Origin: Bugula neritina
Taxonomy: Eukaryota; Animalia; Bryozoa
Reading direction: 5' to 3'
Length of the DNA: 28,842 bases
NCBI GenBank assembly: GCA_964035545.1
Contig: CAXIUT010000144.1
Location: 1-28,842 of the forward strand
Both the position numbers and the translations under genes were made by a program. Each line of letters opens with the position of its first letter. The stretch's first letter is position 1. Under the pieces are notes generated by a model. That model saw only the letters and a list, made by a program, of their open reading frames with translations. It did not search any database and had not been told where the DNA came from. Below, piece by piece: positions 10,458 through 22,894 of the stretch.

Positions 10458-12038
10458 TTTCTTGTCTCCATTGATATTCACATTGTCCCAACTCAACTAA
10501 CTTCTGGCCTTTAAACTTTATCTTTATTTAGAAATCATCAGTCCTCCATACTTATAGCTCACCTTTTCTTTTAATAATTCCACCATAATACACCAAGTCG
10601 TCCAAGAATACGTGATCTATCCTCCACATAAGGAACTTTATGATATTTTTAACAGTTTTTCAATGATATTGCGCATACGAAATAATCTCAAATCCTGAAG
10701 ACCTTTTTAACTTGCTAGTAAAGAGATAACTTGTTCATAAATGTTTAGTAAATCATCAGCATTTTGACAATCTTTACTTACTTATCTATAAAATATAACC
10801 AACTTTTTCAAATATTGCTGAGGATGCTTTTCTCCTCTCACTTGATCCAAAAGATCAGCAAAAACTCTTATTTTATCTTAATTCATCTATGAATACTTAC
10901 TACCTTTCTTTCTAAAATACTATTCTAACTAAAGTTACTCGAACTAGTAACCTCTATCTGCCATCCAATCTACAAAACTCCATAAATTTTTAAAAATAAT
11001 TCCATATAATACTTCTGCCTGAATAATTTTACCTAAATTAGACTCATCCATCATATGCAACTGTAAAAACATCCATACAAATTAAGTATAAGCTTCAAGA
11101 AAAGATCTCAACTAATATAAAATAATATTGTTGTTAGTCTAACGCATTTTCCTTACCTTTCTACTTTATTCATTCAAACCTATCAGTTACTCTTTCGATA
11201 CTACTTAGGTTTTTATCTTTTTTCTACCTATTTTATCCTATAAACAAAGAACAAAATTTTTTATTGGACATGACATCAAGTTGTTTGAAAAAAATATTTG
11301 CTGGAGAGTGTTGGAAAATTGTCTATAAAATTTAAGTAAATCATAGATCTATTCTTTAGCTTATAGACTCATTTTATGAATAAATAAAGTTTGAGGAAGA
11401 ATAAGACTACTTCTTTAAACTCTTTTTTTACCAGAATTTTAATGAATCTTATTTACAACCTGTTCAACTTCTACACTAACTTTCATCTTCATTCCTTTCT
11501 TCGATATCTACTCTTCTAAGATAACTGATCCATTCGTTGCACTTTTTTATATTTCTTATCCAAAAACAGACAACTTTTGAACACTCTTTTTAAATTAAAT
11601 ACTACCAATAAACGTATCATCTATTTTCTTTTAAATATCATCAGAAGCAATAGCATAGAAAGCATCTTGAAATGGATAATACTCATCTTTACTTGTAATT
11701 TATTTCAAATTTATTTTACAATTATTAAGCAGTAACTCATAGAACTGTTACCTACTTGCAGTCCACAACAACTAGAAGTTACCAGTAAAATGCTTTTTGA
11801 ATTTAGAACAAATTTGCTTCCCCCAATTATACCTTTAATTCTATTTAAATGGCTACAACAATTGATCCACAATATTCTCTACATTTTTGATCCTTGGTTT
11901 CGCCATTTCAGGATGCCTTTGTTTGAACAAAGTAATCACCACTGAGTTGCTCTGCTAGAACATAGAATAGAGATCTTATATAGTTTTGATTGTATTTTTT
12001 TGTCCTTTCCAGGATAACTTGCTCTCATACAAACCCAT
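10458..12038 (-). CDS. Hypothetical protein, 3'-truncated at the telomere junction (>527 aa); possible N-myristoylation site
   Basis: Starts MGLYES (MGxxxS) at 12038. The start and the junction are in the same frame, which reads ...WDNVNINGDKK at 10458 with no TGA seen before the telomeric tract (middle spot-checked only). Confidence 0.7.
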
Positions 12039-12075
12039 TCAGTACTTATTATAAATGTAGATAATTAAATTGGAA

Positions 12076-13025
12076 TCACTGTGCAAATTAGTCATCTATC
12101 TTTGTATGACCGATAATCTCACCAGCCTATCTCTTCTATCCCTTAGATATCAGTTTGCGACGACGAGTAGGCATGTTTTTAAGGTTCTGACGGTCCAAAA
12201 ATAGTCTTCCACGCTTATTGCCCATATTATCAGTATTAACATTTTTGTTCTCTTTCTTCTTCTTAGGTTTAGGAACATACACTGCTCTCTTCATCTCATC
12301 ATCAGCTGCCCAACTATGTCTCCTCATTGTAAAAGATGCATTAGGTCCCAATTCTTCAATAACCAACTTTCCTTCTTCCTACAACACAGCAGATCCTCCT
12401 TCTACATTGACTTAAAATATATTCATAAAGATCTTTCTGTCTTCTGTCACACTCCAGCTAACAACAATTTTCATAGCTTTGTCAATTTCAAGTCCCTTGG
12501 GTTTGTTATTAATCAAAAAGAAATCATTGACTAGATTCTTCAACTTTTTAAATTCTTCGTCTGATTCCCAAAGATCTCCTTGAAAGATGACAAAAGGTTG
12601 AGAATTAAAAGGCACTTGATTTTAACCTACAAAATCTGCAATAGAACTAGAATCCAACAATCCCAACTCAACCATATCTAATATTTTATGCTAATAAGTC
12701 CTACCAATAACGATGTTATCAGGTCTCTTCTTGCTATGAGAACAAAACATAAAAAGTGAAGTATTGGTCTTCCTACAAATATCCTCTAATTCTAGTCTGT
12801 TTTCAAAAGGATAGATATCATGCTTACGTCCAAACATAACGCTATGTTCCTTTCTCAACGATCGCTAAATAAATAACTAGGTACTAGATCTTTCATAAGA
12901 ACTAGAGACGATTCGCTAGATTTGTTACCTCTAAGAAATAGGGTGTTTTTTGGACCTTAGATCACCTTGGGTTAGAGTTTTCTTTGACGACGGATAGAAC
13001 GGATTGATTTTCTTTTATTCTACAT
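12076..13025 (-). CDS. RPF2: Ribosome production factor 2 homologue (Brix domain, 309 aa)
   Basis: LEPKVIEGPKNTLFLRGNK, KHDIYPFEN, SHSKKRPDNIVIGRTY..ILDMVELG, IEELGP, PKPKKKKENKNVNTDNMGNKRGRLFLDRQNL match Rpf2/BXDC1 motifs; 20-nt intron 12865-12884. Confidence 0.93.
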
Positions 13026-13103
13026 TCAACAATTGATATACAATTATAATCTAATTAACTATTCTACAGTCTTTTATACTAAAGGAAATAAATTATTAGA
13101 AAC

Positions 13104-14175
13104 TCAATTGCAAACAGAATTTGACCTGAATTCCTTCTTCTACGATCCCTCAGCAGCCTCGGTCTTATATTTAGATATCTTCCGATTAGGTCTTCGGTCC
13201 TGTCCCGGCTTCATATTGACAGTCTTCGTCAATTCTGCTTAAAACAACAAGTACATCTGATCGAGGAGTTGTGACTACCTTCTTTTTTAGGTAAATTCTG
13301 CACTTGCTATTTTTGATTTTGATCATAACTTCCTTTTTTACTAACTACAATATTATTTGATAAATTTATCTGAATAGCTCCTTCAGTAAATTGCAAATTT
13401 CCATTAGATTTTTTATTATTAGTACCATTACTTAACTTTCGACTACGTTCGTTTATTTTATCAATTACATGTCTCGATTTATTTGCTTTTGTCTTTCTAC
13501 TTCCAAAATAATCTTTATACACTTGCTCATTTATTGTTGAAAAATTGCTTTGAACCTTTGATTTATCTCTTTAATCTCGATTTCTAACTTAATCAACTCG
13601 GCCATATTTATCTTATAATTTACTTAGTTTTTTTTGTAGTTCCTTTCTCTCTTCATCCATTTCCCTCATACTCTTTGATAAATCAGATAGTTACTTAGTA
13701 GACTTGTTAGTACTTGATTTCTTAAACTTTCAACTTCTTCTCTGATTCTTCTACTTTCTCTTCCAAAGAATCCAAATATATTTTCAACTGCTGCTCAATA
13801 CGTATATGTTTTCTTATTTCTCCCTATGATTTCTGAACAGCCTCCTCCAAAACCTGATAATCTTCCTTAACTATATCACTTCATCATAAATACAATACAT
13901 CTCGTATGATTGCTGAAGACGGTCGATATAGTTTAGCATCGTATAAATCAAAAACTAAAGAAATTAGATCATTTTATGATCTTAATGCGATAATGATTAG
14001 TATTTTGATTTTAGAGTTAAAATTGCTTATTAGTCAAGTACTGTTTAAGTTGAACGCAATGCCTGAATATGATTGTTAGTACACGTATTGATAGTTTATG
14101 AATGAGAGATTAGAGGTTGATTGAAGATGGAGATGATGGCTATGATGGACTTGATATTCTGATTGGCTAGCTCAT
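13104..14175 (-). CDS. Ciliate-type coiled-coil protein
   Basis: ATG 14175, four short GT-AG introns (14063-14082, one ~23 nt near 13871-13893, ~13673-13694, 13235-13254), TGA 13104-13106. Contains EGEIRKHIRIEQQLKIYLDSLEEK, a motif I recall as recurrent in ciliate coiled-coil proteins. Confidence 0.7.
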
Positions 14176-14233
14176 TGTCAAACAGTTATTGATTATATTT
14201 GAAGTTATACAAGAACGAATATAAAAATATCTA

Positions 14234-16176
14234 TCATTCAGTTTACATCCTTTTCCTAGTCCAAGTACCATTCTAGTCCTCTTACATCAAAAATATCTTC
14301 ACAGATTTTACACTCTTTAATCCCTTCGATAAATCAGAACCTTCATTTTCATCCGAATCCAATACTCTAAAACTTTTTTTGCCTTTCTCATCTACCATAT
14401 CCGACTCCTCTTCAGATTAATACTAAATCTATTACTCATCATTATTACTAGAAGAATCATTGGTGTCTATCATGTCTATGAGTTTATCAGGACTGCAATG
14501 TGGAGGGATAGAGTAGAAAGGTCTAGCATTTTCGTCAATAACTGATAGAATAAGAGCTTTATGGTTGAAATACTAAAGTTTATCATCTGCCTCATTAAAT
14601 TTAGACATAAATATATGACTATCCAAAGAATATTAGCTCCCTATTATATTGATAATTAGTTTAAGAGTTCTATTTTTAACTTGCAATATTTCCATATACT
14701 AAACATCCATTGAAACCAACTCATCAATTTAAACTTTTTATCCTATTCCAACCAACTCCTTTATGAATCTTAAAGAAATATCGACTATATGTTTTTAAAA
14801 ATCAAGATAAGGTTGTTCCAATTAGTGATTAGAATGACCACACCAATGAACACTTTGCTAATTAATCGATATATCTATCAAATACTAATTAAATTCCATC
14901 ACTATGATCTCATAATTTTATAAATTACCCTAAAAGAACTAGTAAAGATTACTATTGCCGAATACATTTGTCATAGATTATGATAATTTATACTAAAAAC
15001 TACTCAATTCCACAGATTACAATAACTTTCTATAAATATATAACAAAGTACCCATATTTCAGTTGATCAATGTTGTAGAATTAATACAGTTGCTATTTTA
15101 ACTTGTTTGTTCTCAATTTAATCAAACAATGCATATAGACTGATTGAACTTCTACATGCAGATGATTCATGATAAGAACCATTTAGTCATCGCAGGTCTC
15201 CAAAATCTAAATCGTGGTTTTTAGTCGTTATTTTAAATAGCCTAGCGATAGATATTTTAATATATTGTAAATAAAAAACCAAGCATTTCCTATAATTAAT
15301 ATAATTTATACCTCAACTGCTAGCACATAATTTCTAAATATGTTATATCGTAGTACCAACTCAACCAAACGATGCAAAGGATCATCAATTAGAGATACAT
15401 ATGAATGAATCGATTGCAACATAGAATCAGTCAAAGCAAACAGATGTACTATCGTATTATGAAGTTAGTTGTTAGGTAAAAGATAGTTTTTGTAATTTGA
15501 GTGGGTTATTTAATATGGAGTATAACGTAGTTTCATTATGTTTTTTAGATGTTATGTACTTTTGTTTTATCTTTTAGTATTATCATAAATTGTTTCAAAT
15601 ACTATTATTCTTTCTATATACTGAAATAATCTTTCAATTTCTAAAAAGATGTAAACTATTATTCCTATCCGAAGTCGAATCTATCAAAAATAGTTGAAAT
15701 GAACTTGTACAAAACATTCCCTGATTCTATCTCTTTAATTTAGGTAAAGGTAAATCAGGATCAACCAACATCGTCATCAACATATCCATTTCTTACTCTA
15801 TTACAGGAACATTTTGCTTTAAACTTGTTTTTATATCCTTGAATCCTCTCTAGAAGTGTTCGAAGTCACCAACTTTATTCTGTGATAAAGCAGCGATCAG
15901 TTACTTTTAGACTTTCTTGAATTCAGGTTAATCATAAAATGTGAAATAAAGTGATTTATCTCCCACATTGATATAGCCATTGATAAACTACATATTTCTT
16001 ATCAACTCTATTAAAAAATGTTAATTTTTAGTTCCCTTAAATGACTAGTACAGTATAGTTATGTCTTCTTTGGAAAGAAAAGATACGATCGATATAGCTA
16101 TATTTCGATTGATAGGAGCATTTAGAGAAGTATATATCACCTATAAAGAGTTATATTAAGCTTACTCAATCTCCAT
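14234..16176 (-). CDS. Helical protein with possible F-box-like N-terminus and cullin-repeat-like segments; contains unresolved frame changes (read errors, cryptic introns or pseudogene)
   Basis: NIAISIVSFLSKEDITILYES near the N-terminus; RYNIFRNYVLAVEEML...KPRFRFWRPAMTKWF; DISINEQSVHWCGHS..EQPYLDFEKHIV. Intron 15290-15311. Frame changes near 15740, 15550 and 15170. Confidence 0.5.
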
Positions 16177-16226
16177 CTCTTGATTCTAATTATTATAAAT
16201 CAAATTCTTTGATAAGATGAGAGCTT

Positions 16227-17713
16227 TCAGAGCTTAACAAACTTTTAAAAAAACAGAAACTTAAAATTTATAAGATCAAAGAGAAATAGAGTAGCTTTTT
16301 TATTTTTAAGATCGAAAATATTTTATGGAAGATTATATTACCTCAGAAATTAATAATAAATAACTTCAGACAAAAGACAGTTAAAGTAAAAAGAACCTTT
16401 ATTGATTCTAGCAAAGGAAAAGATAGTCATATTATATCAAGAGATCACTATGCCACAATTCTTTTTTATTGATTCTATCGAAGTGAAATAGAAAAAAATA
16501 TTTTAAACTATGTCTTAGGTATCCATTCAAGTAGTGAAGCTGTATTGAAATTAAAATAACAAAGAATAAAAGTAATATTGATTTATTTACCTTAATTATC
16601 TAGTCAAAGAAATAATTTATTCGAACCTAAAAACATTCAAAAAATACAATGAATTTAATAAAATATGAAGAAATCATACTATATTTTAAATGATCAGAAA
16701 AAGCAATTTTATCTACATAATTATCTTATATCTTCTTAAAGTCTTTAATTAATCCCTTTATGAACTTCAATTGATCCTTTAATGATTTAATTTCTTATAA
16801 AAGCTCTATAATCTTTCTAATCGATCATCAAATTACAGATCAATTGCAGATAGAATTCTCTTTTGGTACCTCTTTCCTCTCTTAGCCTCTCAATTATAAA
16901 ATCTCTAAAACTAGTAACCAAAAAATGTTTATTTAGTTGCTAATCTCTCACTAAAAATGTCAAATTAATAAATAATTTTAAAACTCCAATAACCAAAGAA
17001 TCATCATAGAGCTCTTTTGTATTATAATAGTATATTTCTTAGAGAATACCCATTAATTTTATAATTACCATGCTTTAAGATATTAAAATTTTATATATCA
17101 GCTAAGGATAGTTATCTTCTATCGCACATTCTGTTAAATTGTTTAGAAATAAAATAAGTTTTATAAATTATGATATTTTTGACTTCCATTGCATGTTTAT
17201 AAGCTAGCTTATTATTTGTTTTAAATAAGGAATTGAAATATTGAGAAAATATGGCCTCTTTGTTGCAGTTAAATAGTAATGAAGAAGTAACTGCAAAATA
17301 TCATATTTAAGAATCTTATTTTAACACATAAAGTACAAACCTTGACCGATAAATATATCCTCACTTGCCTCTACTACCTTCCTTTTGTCAAAAATATTTT
17401 AACAACTATTAAGCAACTTGATCAACACTTACATCCCATCTGTCCATTGACTAATAGTTAGGTCTTTATTACAATTTTAAGTCCAAAATTAGCATTTATC
17501 AAGTACTAATTACCAAGTTATATCTTTATCTTCTAGAGATAAACTTGCATTAATAGATGAGAGACTTCTTGGTACACATTAAAGCAATTTATGAACTTAT
17601 TATAGTTACTATCTTTTGAAAAATAATTTTCTCATTTTGAGGAAGGTTTATTCTATCTATTTATGGCGGAATTCATTTTGAATAGCTCTTTTTTTGGTAG
17701 CAATATTGTTCAT
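16227..17713 (-). CDS. Hypothetical helical-repeat protein, N-terminus reminiscent of a divergent importin-alpha IBB domain
   Basis: MNNIATKKRAIQNEFRHKEIEETFLKMRK start; long Leu/Ile-rich helical frame; several introns (e.g. 16817-16836). The 3' end is approximate. Confidence 0.55.
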
Positions 17714-17793
17714 TAATAGAGTATAAATGATAATTATAAGTATGATCTCTTTACATTAAAGTTATAAAATAAGATCTAATTATACAATAAACT

Positions 17794-20700
17794 ATGATAA
17801 AAACATACTAAAGCGGTTAATAAGTAGAAATGATAATAAAAACAATCAAATAAAGTCAAACAGGTCTTTTCTCTAATGAACGTCTCCTCCTTATCAAAGC
17901 AGGAATCATAAGCTATTTCTCAAACATTCCTAAGTAATTTATAGGCAGCTATCGAGGTATTTAACTCTCAGGACAAACTCCAAAATTTACTATTCCAGCA
18001 AACTAGATATCAAAGGTCTAACTAAATAAAAACAACGAGTTAAGTTTTTTGATATTGAAGTCAAGATTAATAGCTAGAGATGAGTTCAATAAAATGATAA
18101 AAGATGATAAATTATTAAATCAAAGAGCATCAAGAAGAATATAAAACGATAACAATGGATATGAACAGTGGATTTTTAAATGCTAAAGCTATGAAAATAT
18201 TTTAGAATTTTATCGATTAGTTAATTTATTTAGAACTGGAGATCCTATGTTCCAACCCAATCTATAAAATCTAGTATAAGGCTTTCAACCAAGGTATCAT
18301 TCATATTTATACAGAAAGAAACCAAGAAAAAAGACAATTGATCCAATCAAAAAATAAAATCCAGAACCTCAAAGATATTCATAAGTTAAAAAAAAATAAA
18401 AAGAAATAAAAGAATAAATAATAAAACCTACTCCAAAGAAATAATAATAGAAAATACTTCCTTTTAAAACATAACCTTTACCATGGTAGAAATAATAGAT
18501 AAAATAATCATAAGAATTAAGATTATCAAAAGTCATATCGAAAATAGCTAACTAAACAGAAATAAATTTATAAATAATAGATTAAAGAACTAATGAAGAG
18601 AAAGGATCTTAAATGTCTAAGGCTAGAAGTTAACCCAGGCAGGTATCTATCTAAGTTATTAAAACTTTTTAAGATAGTGTTTTATATGATTAAAAATCAA
18701 TAGAAAAGTAAGGAGTCAGTGAAGTTATTGAATAGAAATCTTTAGATATCTAAAAAGAAGAATCAGGATAAAAATCATAAAAATAACCTTAAAAATCATG
18801 TTAAAAATAAGAATAACCATAAAAATAACCATCTATTTAGCAATAAAGCAGTCACATAAAGACATAAAGCAGAGTATCATTTGATATAAAATAAACAAAA
18901 AACAAAAAGATCCAACAACTGATAAAAAGTTATAAACTAAACACAGACTACAATACCAAATAGATATCTCAAATACTTGGTCTAGCATAAGAGTAACTCT
19001 AATAAATACTCTAATAAATGGACAATCAGAACAATAATGATTAAGAAGGATACTGGAATTACATGTAAAATCAAATAGCCAAAATATTTACTAAAAGTAA
19101 ATAATCATTAATAAACAAATAAATCAAATAAATTTCATCATAAATAATCGAATAACCTCACAAAATATAATAGTTTTCAGTCAGTTCGAAAGTATATAGT
19201 CAATTGCTATAAAATTAATTACAAATAGATCAATATTAATAATAACAATTTCAATAGATATAAATTTTATAATGGATATAATCTAAAGTAAAATAAACTA
19301 ATCCTAAACCCTTTGCATCAAAAACAACCAATAAATCTCAATATAAAATATATATCAGATTATTTTCATTCAAAAAATAATAAATTTATGTATTTTCATC
19401 CTGGATCTTCAACAAAGGAGGATTTCTAGAAGAATGGCTTGCCTATCTTACTCTAGATAAAATTATCAAAGATATTAATGATAAATAAGATACTCTTCAT
19501 ATCTAATCTAGTGATACTATTTATCTTAAATATAAGTAGTATTAAGCCATAGTAAAACAGTTAAAAATTGGTAATTCTTCTTACTATCCTCTCAAATCTA
19601 TAAGAGCTTTAGAGTTTGTTACTAAATCTAAAATAATTCAAAAATATCAATAAGATTTCCCTCAATTTACTATCACAGTTGAAATCCTTCAAGAAGAATA
19701 ATGCTATCGATTTCATCTTTAAAGAAATGATAATTAGAAGTGTAATATGCTAGCTATTAAGAAATCTATTTAAAAATTAACTATTACTTATGATAATTAA
19801 GTTGATATATTCTATAATAGTTTTTAGTATAAATAAATGGAAGTAAAATGTATTTAAATAATTAGATAACTACAAAAAAATAAAAAAATAAATTAAGAAT
19901 ATCTTAAAAATATTTTTTCTACTCTTAATAGTAATATAGAAGTCAATATAATATGTAGATTACTTGGTGCTAGAATAGACAAATAAGATAACATATTTTT
20001 CCATCCAACAGCTCTCCGTCTTGGTTCCCGTCAATTCGGTTAATAGCTATCTCTTATCCGCAAATCCCGAAAAAAAGGACAAATATAATTCAGTCAACGT
20101 CTAAGCAAACGAGTCATAAGCAAACTACAATACTACAAAACAGTAACTCCAGTAAACAACTTCATCGAAATATACTTACAATTAATCGATCTAGTAATAA
20201 TAGAAAAAGGAGAACTCCATAAAGCAATTCCAATTCTCCATAAAATACTAAACTATCTGAGTTAGTATGAAATATAACAATATTCGGTTTATCTATCTCT
20301 GATGAAAACTTATTTGAAATTATAAGAAATAAATAATTTTGTAAAAGTATTATAAAATTGTAGATCTTTTATCAATAAAATGCTTCAAAATAATAGCATT
20401 ATACTTGATTTTCCACTAAGAAGAATTATCATACTTCTTATTTTAAAATAAAATCCAGAAAAAGCACTTTAAGTTACTAATAAATTAATTAGCTAACTTG
20501 AATGTTATGGAATCAGTTTGGATATCAGATAGAAGTATCTTAGTAGAATTATATGGGATAAATGTAATATTCTAATTATTCTTTAAGAGTATCTTTAGGC
20601 TTATTTAATATGCTAGAAACATTTATAAGTACTAGAACAAATTTAATCTTTTTCACATCATTATTGGATCTAAGGAGTTCTTTGTTTAGGTAAAATTTGG

Positions 20701-20958
20701 CTTAAAATGACCAACATCAATCCTAAAAATGGAGCTAGTCTTCAAAAAAGATTCTAAATAGCTATCTAATTCTCTCTATCACAATAAAGCTACTAGATGG
20801 CTTTCATTTTACTCTAACATGGAAAAAGAATCCTCTAAAAGTGTAAATAACTAAAATTACCAAAAATATTATAATACAAACCAGCATACGAGCAAGTAAA
20901 AATTTTATTCAACACAACTTGCCAATAGATCCAAAATTTGATATAAATAAGATAATGA
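17794..20958 (+). CDS. 1054-aa protein: N-terminal PH-like domain, Q/E/K/S-rich linker, C-terminal TPR-like helical region
   Basis: ATG 17794 and TGA 20956-20958 are in the same frame with no intron needed. PH-like pattern IKESQTGLFSNERLLLIKAGIISYF...PKFTIP..ISKVE...WIFKCESYENILEFYRLV. Confidence 0.75.
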
Positions 20959-21009
20959 TAAATACAATAATATTAGTTATATATTTTAGAAAAATATAAA
21001 TTTTATTGA

Positions 21010-22218
21010 ATGAAAGCCTACGCCATCGTGAAAAAGCCACCCCCGTCATAAATGTCACATCAATTCAAATTACCCACAAGAAATACCCATATGACAATCG
21101 ATTCTATCCAATAAAATCATTCAACATAAATGAAAAGAAGCACCAATTATCGATAACCCCATTCCTTGGAACAGAAATCAGTGCATTATAAAATAGAGAA
21201 AGGATAATTAAATAGATCTATTTCGCCTAGAAAATATAGAATTTTTACATAATCTAAAAGTAAATAAAAAAGTATGTATTAAACTAAACTTTAATAAAAA
21301 AAATAATCATAAATCAAAAATGTTGTCATCCCTTTACTTACATAATTAATATCGAAATAACTTGATAACTAGTAAAAAGCTAAACTAAGTTCCATGTCTA
21401 AACTATAAAGCAATAAAATAATATAATAAACTCCATAAAAATAATAATCAATATAATAAAAATCAAGTCCATTAGATATGTTTGCTATGAGTATGGGCAA
21501 TAAAACAAACAACAATGGATTGACTACTCGCAATCCTTTGAATAACAGGAATTATAAAATATTTACAAAGAATTAGATAGGTAGTCAATCTAGATAGTAA
21601 TCAGCTCAGATAGCTTCATAGCTAGTTATGAGAAATGTCAACAAGGAGCCTAAATAATTGAAAAGTAATTCGAAAGTGGAGAATAGTAATCATAGCTAGT
21701 TTCCACTCTGTACTACCGTGTTACCAACTCATATTCGATACTAGAGTCCTAGAAATACAGAATTATCGTAGACAGGATCTGTTGTCAATATTGGTTGCTG
21801 TGGGTAAGATCTTTAAACTCCAAAGGCATAAATGAAAAATCATCAAAGAATTTCAAGTGATGTACAACAACATCCCATCTTTGTTAAATCACTAAATTAA
21901 AATGTTGTCCCTGCGCCGACTACTGCACCACATGATAACAGACCATTCTACAAGAAAATATTCAATGAATTCAATCCTTAGCATAGATCAAACAATCGAC
22001 AAAACAACTTTAAATAACCTAAAATAAATTCAAGACCAGCTCCTTAAGATGACTACAAATAATAGAAAATAATGTCGAAACCTTATATTTAGGACATTAG
22101 AGATGAAAAGGTGAAAAATAATGCAATGAGGATGACAGAAGATGGTTCAAGATCAAGGAAAAAGAAATATAATGTAACTATATTTGAGATAAAACCTTTT
22201 GAACCTTTTGAATTTTGA
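21010..22218 (+). CDS. Hypothetical low-complexity/disordered protein (402 aa)
   Basis: ATG 21010 to TGA 22216-22218 in one frame; S/N/Q/K-rich. Confidence 0.7.
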
Positions 22219-22269
22219 TGATTTTGTATCTATTAATATCTATTGATAATATATTGAATAAGTTTCATA

Positions 22270-22688
22270 ATGACCTCACCGAGAAAATTTGTTGACACTG
22301 AAAAAGATAATACCTTTTTCGGATAACTTTAAAAAGTTTAAGTATATTCTCTTCTATTTCAGGCCAGAACTAAAAAACTTAACCATCAACTTGGTGAAGA
22401 ACTATCAGCATTAAAAAACTTGACCACAGAATTTCAACATACAGAAAAATAGGGTAAACATTCAACAGAATAATCAAAAACCAAATTATCTATTGAAGTC
22501 AAAATGTTCTAATAAAAAATGTAATTTTAGATAGATTAAGTAAAAACTTTTTGATAGCTCAAAAGGCTTAATATATGAGATTTGCCAATCAAATCAATAC
22601 CATGGTGGCCAATTCAAAAGAAATCAACAGTCAACTAACTCTACTTGGCAGTAGATTTGAAGAATTCCAGAAAAATGTTGGTGTGTGA
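22270..22688 (+). CDS. Small alveolate-type coiled-coil protein (~125 aa)
   Basis: Introns 22342-22362 (21 nt) and 22521-22540 (20 nt). C-terminal AQKAEYMRFANQINTMVANSKEINSQLTLLGSRFEEFQKNVG resembles the QKAENxRLQxQIxxL...RIxxLExxVG motif of small alveolate coiled-coil proteins. Confidence 0.7.
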
Positions 22689-22831
22689 TGATTCTAGATT
22701 ATTATTGATACAATTTCATATCTAATGACATATTTAAATATATTTCTTATTGTTATTCTAGAATAAAATATCCGCTTAATAAATATCTTATTTTTAACTA
22801 ATAATTCATTAATATCTTTAATTTTATTGAA

Positions 22832-22894
22832 GGGGTTGGGGTTGGGGTTGGGGTTGGGGTTGGGGTTGGGGTTGGGGTTGGGGTTGGGGTTGGG
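22832..22894 (+). repeat. Internal telomeric tract (GGGGTT)10GGG = right telomere of segment 2
   Basis: Perfect G4T2 repeats following an AT-rich subtelomere. Confidence 0.97.

Noticed and set aside
16218-16693. Plus-strand ORF that seems to read through a TGA near 16470 (possible UGA=Trp)
   Set aside because: It overlaps the 3' part of the minus-strand gene 16227-17713. TGG is used for Trp elsewhere and TGA ends the clearly identified genes.
17794-22218. One 1474-aa gene spanning 17794-22218
   Set aside because: There is an in-frame TGA at 20956-20958 with no upstream splice donor to remove it, followed by an AT-rich spacer and a new ATG at 21010.
10390-22894. Telomere-bearing transposon (TBE/Tel-1-like) bounded by the internal tracts
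   Set aside because: The tracts are direct rather than inverted, with no target-site duplication or transposase seen; the enclosed genes include housekeeping RPF2.
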